From positions 46,641 through 74,753 of the forward strand of contig CAYSWR010000001.1 of NCBI GenBank assembly GCA_964434855.1: a stretch of DNA of 28,113 nucleotides, given 5' to 3'. This document shows positions 25,757 through 28,113 of this stretch, in pieces (position 1 is the first letter of the stretch; every line of letters starts with the position of its first letter). The translations under genes were made by a program, and so were the position numbers. Source of the stretch: an uncultured Nitrosopumilaceae archaeon (lineage in GTDB: Archaea > Thermoproteota > Nitrososphaeria > Nitrososphaerales > Nitrosopumilaceae). A model generated the notes under the pieces. The model was given only the letters and a program-made list of their open reading frames with translations. It was not told the DNA's origin and made no database searches.

Positions 25757-26611
25757 AATTTCTCTATAAGTTCTAAATTTGATACTCGTAAGTTTTCGTA
25801 ACTTTTTGTGATTCCCTACATAATCTCCTACAAGAATATTCAGATCATCTATGCCAAAGTTGCTATTTTTACATTGTAATGCATTTCTGTAAGCATCTTC
25901 TAGATTGATTTTTTCTATTTTGATTTTTTTCCCATGAATAAAATCTTTGATAAAGCAATTGTATGTAACAGTCTGAGGACCTACAAGATCAATAATTTTT
26001 TTGGAGAGTTTTTTGTTAAAAATAGATTGTAGAAATACTTCGCCTGCATCTTCTATAAAAATTGGTTGTATACGATAGTTTCCAGAGCCAGCTATGGTAA
26101 TTTTGCCATTTTTGATTTGTTTACAAAGAATTTGTGACAACGGATCATCTTTTCCTACAATATAAGATGCACGAAAAATTGTATAATCAAGACCAGAATG
26201 AATGATTTCTTGTTCTGCTTTGTATTTTGATATAAAATATCCAAAAGTAGTGTTTTTGTGCACACCAAGACCACTGATATAAATTATTTTTTTGATACCA
26301 GCTTTCTTGCACAAATTTATTACATTTTTTGTGAGGCCTACATTCACTTTTTCATAATCATCTTCAACCGTTTGTTTACCTTGTCCGATGAAATGCAATA
26401 GTGCTGTGCACTTTTTTAGTCTTTGAACCAGATACTTTTCAGAAAGATCATCTGAAATTAGTAAAGTCCCAAGTTGTACAGAGGTTGTTCTATTCTTACG
26501 TACAATGTTAATTACTCGAATTCCTTTTTTTGTAAATAGGCGTCCTACATTTCTGCCTACAAAACCATTTGCACCAGTAATAGCTATTGTGAATGTTCGA
26601 TTTTTGAGCAT
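25733..26611 (-). CDS. NAD(P)-binding atypical/extended SDR (NAD-dependent epimerase/dehydratase family)
   Basis: It has the N-terminal motif [12 protein letters not shown] (GxxGxxG) and a YxxxK motif (YFISK), with an NmrA/NDUFA9-like layout. Its 3' end overlaps the metK 3' end by 24 nt (convergent genes). Confidence 0.75.
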   Translation of the reverse strand: MLKNRTFTIAITGANGFVGRNVGRLFTKKGIRVINIVRKNRTTSVQLGTLLISDDLSEKYLVQRLKKCTALLHFIGQGKQTVEDDYEKVNVGLTKNVINLCKKAGIKKIIYISGLGVHKNTTFGYFISKYKAEQEIIHSGLDYTIFRASYIVGKDDPLSQILCKQIKNGKITIAGSGNYRIQPIFIEDAGEVFLQSIFNKKLSKKIIDLVGPQTVTYNCFIKDFIHGKKIKIEKINLEDAYRNALQCKNSNFGIDDLNILVGDYVGNHKKLRKLTSIKFRTYREILKTGCLS

Positions 26612-26666
26612 TATTGTAGTAGGATATGCCCGACAAATTAATTTTAAAGGTATTGTATGATATAGT

Positions 26667-27110
26667 ATGTTAAGTTCTTCGGATTGTTATGAGATTTTAG
26701 GCATTCAAAGAGGAGCTTCGCAGAAAGAGATCAAAACAGCATATAGAAAACTCTCCTTGAAGTATCATCCTGACAGAAATAGGAATGAGAAGGATGATTG
26801 TAAATTCAAACAGGTTATTGAAGCATATCAGTTTCTTAGGCGAGAAGAAAAGATGGGTCATAAGAAATCAGAAGTTGATATTGAATATACATATGTCAAC
26901 TTTTGGAGATATTATGATAAAATCGATAATGAATCACAATTTAGTGGATCAGATTTTGGCAGATTTGGTAATCCTTTTGGTGTAAAATTTAATCAAACAT
27001 ATGACCATAACCAAGAAAAACCAGCATCACATATGTTTACACATATTTTGCTTTATGGGGGTCTTGGTGTAATGGCGTTATGGATAATTCTTTCTGGAAT
27101 ACTAAAATGA
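26667..27110 (+). CDS. J-domain protein with C-terminal transmembrane anchor
   Basis: [32 protein letters not shown] carries the HPD motif. There is no G/F or zinc-finger region. The C-terminal hydrophobic helix is [20 protein letters not shown]. Confidence 0.8.
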   Translation: MLSSSDCYEILGIQRGASQKEIKTAYRKLSLKYHPDRNRNEKDDCKFKQVIEAYQFLRREEKMGHKKSEVDIEYTYVNFWRYYDKIDNESQFSGSDFGRFGNPFGVKFNQTYDHNQEKPASHMFTHILLYGGLGVMALWIILSGILK

Positions 27111-27148
27111 ACTGATAAAGGTTAATACGTGAAAAAACAATTTTCAGT

Positions 27149-28113
27149 GTGGAAAACGAAACTATACCAAAAGGAAAACTTAGAACTGGTTTTACTACAG
27201 GTACATGTGCTACTGCAGGATCCAAGGCAGCAGTTTTAGCTATTATTAATCAAAAAAAGATAGATTCTGTAGATATTATTCTTCCTAAAAAAAAATCAAT
27301 TCAGATAAAAATTGTAAATTGTAAATTCACAAAGAATAGTGCTAAATGTTCAGTGATAAAGGATGGAGGTGACGATCCTGATGTTACTCATGGTGCGGAG
27401 ATATGGACCGAAGTATCGTTAACAGACAAACCAAATAAAATAGAGATAGATGGAGGAGAAGGGGTAGGAAGAGTTACCAAACCGGGCCTTGGGCTTGAGA
27501 TAGGTTCTGCTGCAATTAACCCAACTCCAAAAAAGATGATAATGGAAAACATTTTAGAAGTAGCACAAGATTTTCTTAAAAGAAATGGTCTAAGGGTTGA
27601 AATTTCTGTTCCCAAAGGCAAGGAGATTGCAGCAAAAACTGATAATCCAAGACTTGGAATCTTGGGCGGTATCTCCATTTTAGGTACAAGCGGAATCGTA
27701 ATTCCCTACTCCACTGCATCATTTGCAGCAGCAATCAGACAAAGTCTAGATGTTACAATAGCTATGGGAAACGATACCGTGGTATTAACGACTGGTGGGA
27801 GAAGTGAGGATTTTTCAAGAAACATAATCAAACTACCAGATCATTGTTTTGTCCAGATGGGAGATTTTTCAGGATATACTGTTCAGCAATGTGCAAAAAA
27901 GAAGATCAAAAAGGCGTACGTTGCTGGGTTTATTGGAAAACTAACAAAAATGGCGATGGGAGTAAAGCAGACTCATGTAAAAGGTTCGAAAGTTGATATG
28001 GAGTTTTTGTCGAATATTGCTCAGAAGTGTAATGCGAAAGCTGGAACTGTAGATGAAATAAAAAAAGCAAACACAGCAAGACATGTGTATGAGATAGTTA
28101 TAAAAGAGAAACT
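27149..28113 (+). CDS. cbiD: Cobalt-precorrin-5B (C1)-methyltransferase CbiD, 3'-truncated by the window end
   Basis: This gene is not in the ORF track because no stop codon is reached. The GTG at 27149 opens MENETIPKGKLRTGFTTGTCATAGSKAA...DGGDDPDVTHG...GEGVGRVTKPGLG...LGILGGISILGTSGIVIPYS, which is the CbiD pattern. Confidence 0.85.
   Translation, partial: MENETIPKGKLRTGFTTGTCATAGSKAAVLAIINQKKIDSVDIILPKKKSIQIKIVNCKFTKNSAKCSVIKDGGDDPDVTHGAEIWTEVSLTDKPNKIEIDGGEGVGRVTKPGLGLEIGSAAINPTPKKMIMENILEVAQDFLKRNGLRVEISVPKGKEIAAKTDNPRLGILGGISILGTSGIVIPYSTASFAAAIRQSLDVTIAMGNDTVVLTTGGRSEDFSRNIIKLPDHCFVQMGDFSGYTVQQCAKKKIKKAYVAGFIGKLTKMAMGVKQTHVKGSKVDMEFLSNIAQKCNAKAGTVDEIKKANTARHVYEIVIKEK

Noticed and set aside
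27388-27678. 96-aa minus-strand ORF
   Set aside because: It is antisense to the CbiD reading frame, which carries strong family motifs. The plus-strand gene is missing from the track only because it runs off the window.
1-28113. Window-wide scan for CRISPR arrays, long direct or inverted repeats, transposases, integrases, toxin-antitoxin pairs or known defence genes
   Set aside because: By eye I found no repeat-spacer periodicity and no ORF with recognisable motifs of these classes. A computational repeat search would be needed to exclude short dispersed repeats.

Overview
This is an AT-rich, tightly packed archaeal chromosomal segment. Its gene content is GatD/GatE, archaeal uL2, a Pelota-like fragment, an Sm protein, CDC48, a ~320-nt 7S SRP RNA, a tRNA with a non-canonical intron, a grpE-dnaK-dnaJ operon, a MetK-type SAM synthetase and CbiD. 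This best fits a Nitrosopumilus-like thaumarchaeon, which is an inference from gene content only. I can support about 31 CDS (two truncated by the window edges), 2 tRNAs and 1 SRP RNA. I saw no CRISPR array, transposase, integrase, long repeat or recognisable defence island, so the window is mostly core housekeeping. No convincing novel multi-gene system is evident. The observations most worth a second look are listed here. (1) An Lhr-type helicase has its Q-motif and Walker A box upstream of any ATG/GTG/TTG start and overlapped by a 39-codon membrane mini-ORF. (2) A tRNA-Gln(UUG) is interrupted by a 17-nt intron at the acceptor/D-arm junction with a relaxed bulge-helix-bulge fold. (3) A small basic protein carries three GRGT(G/S) repeats. 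(4) A divergent pair joins a degenerate nucleotide-sugar-dehydrogenase-like protein and a DUF354-like protein. (5) A second J-domain protein is membrane-anchored. (6) A perfect 9-bp palindrome sits in the RadB-like/Sm divergent promoter region. (7) TTG/GTG starts are unusually frequent and sit behind TATA-like boxes spaced as for leaderless mRNAs.
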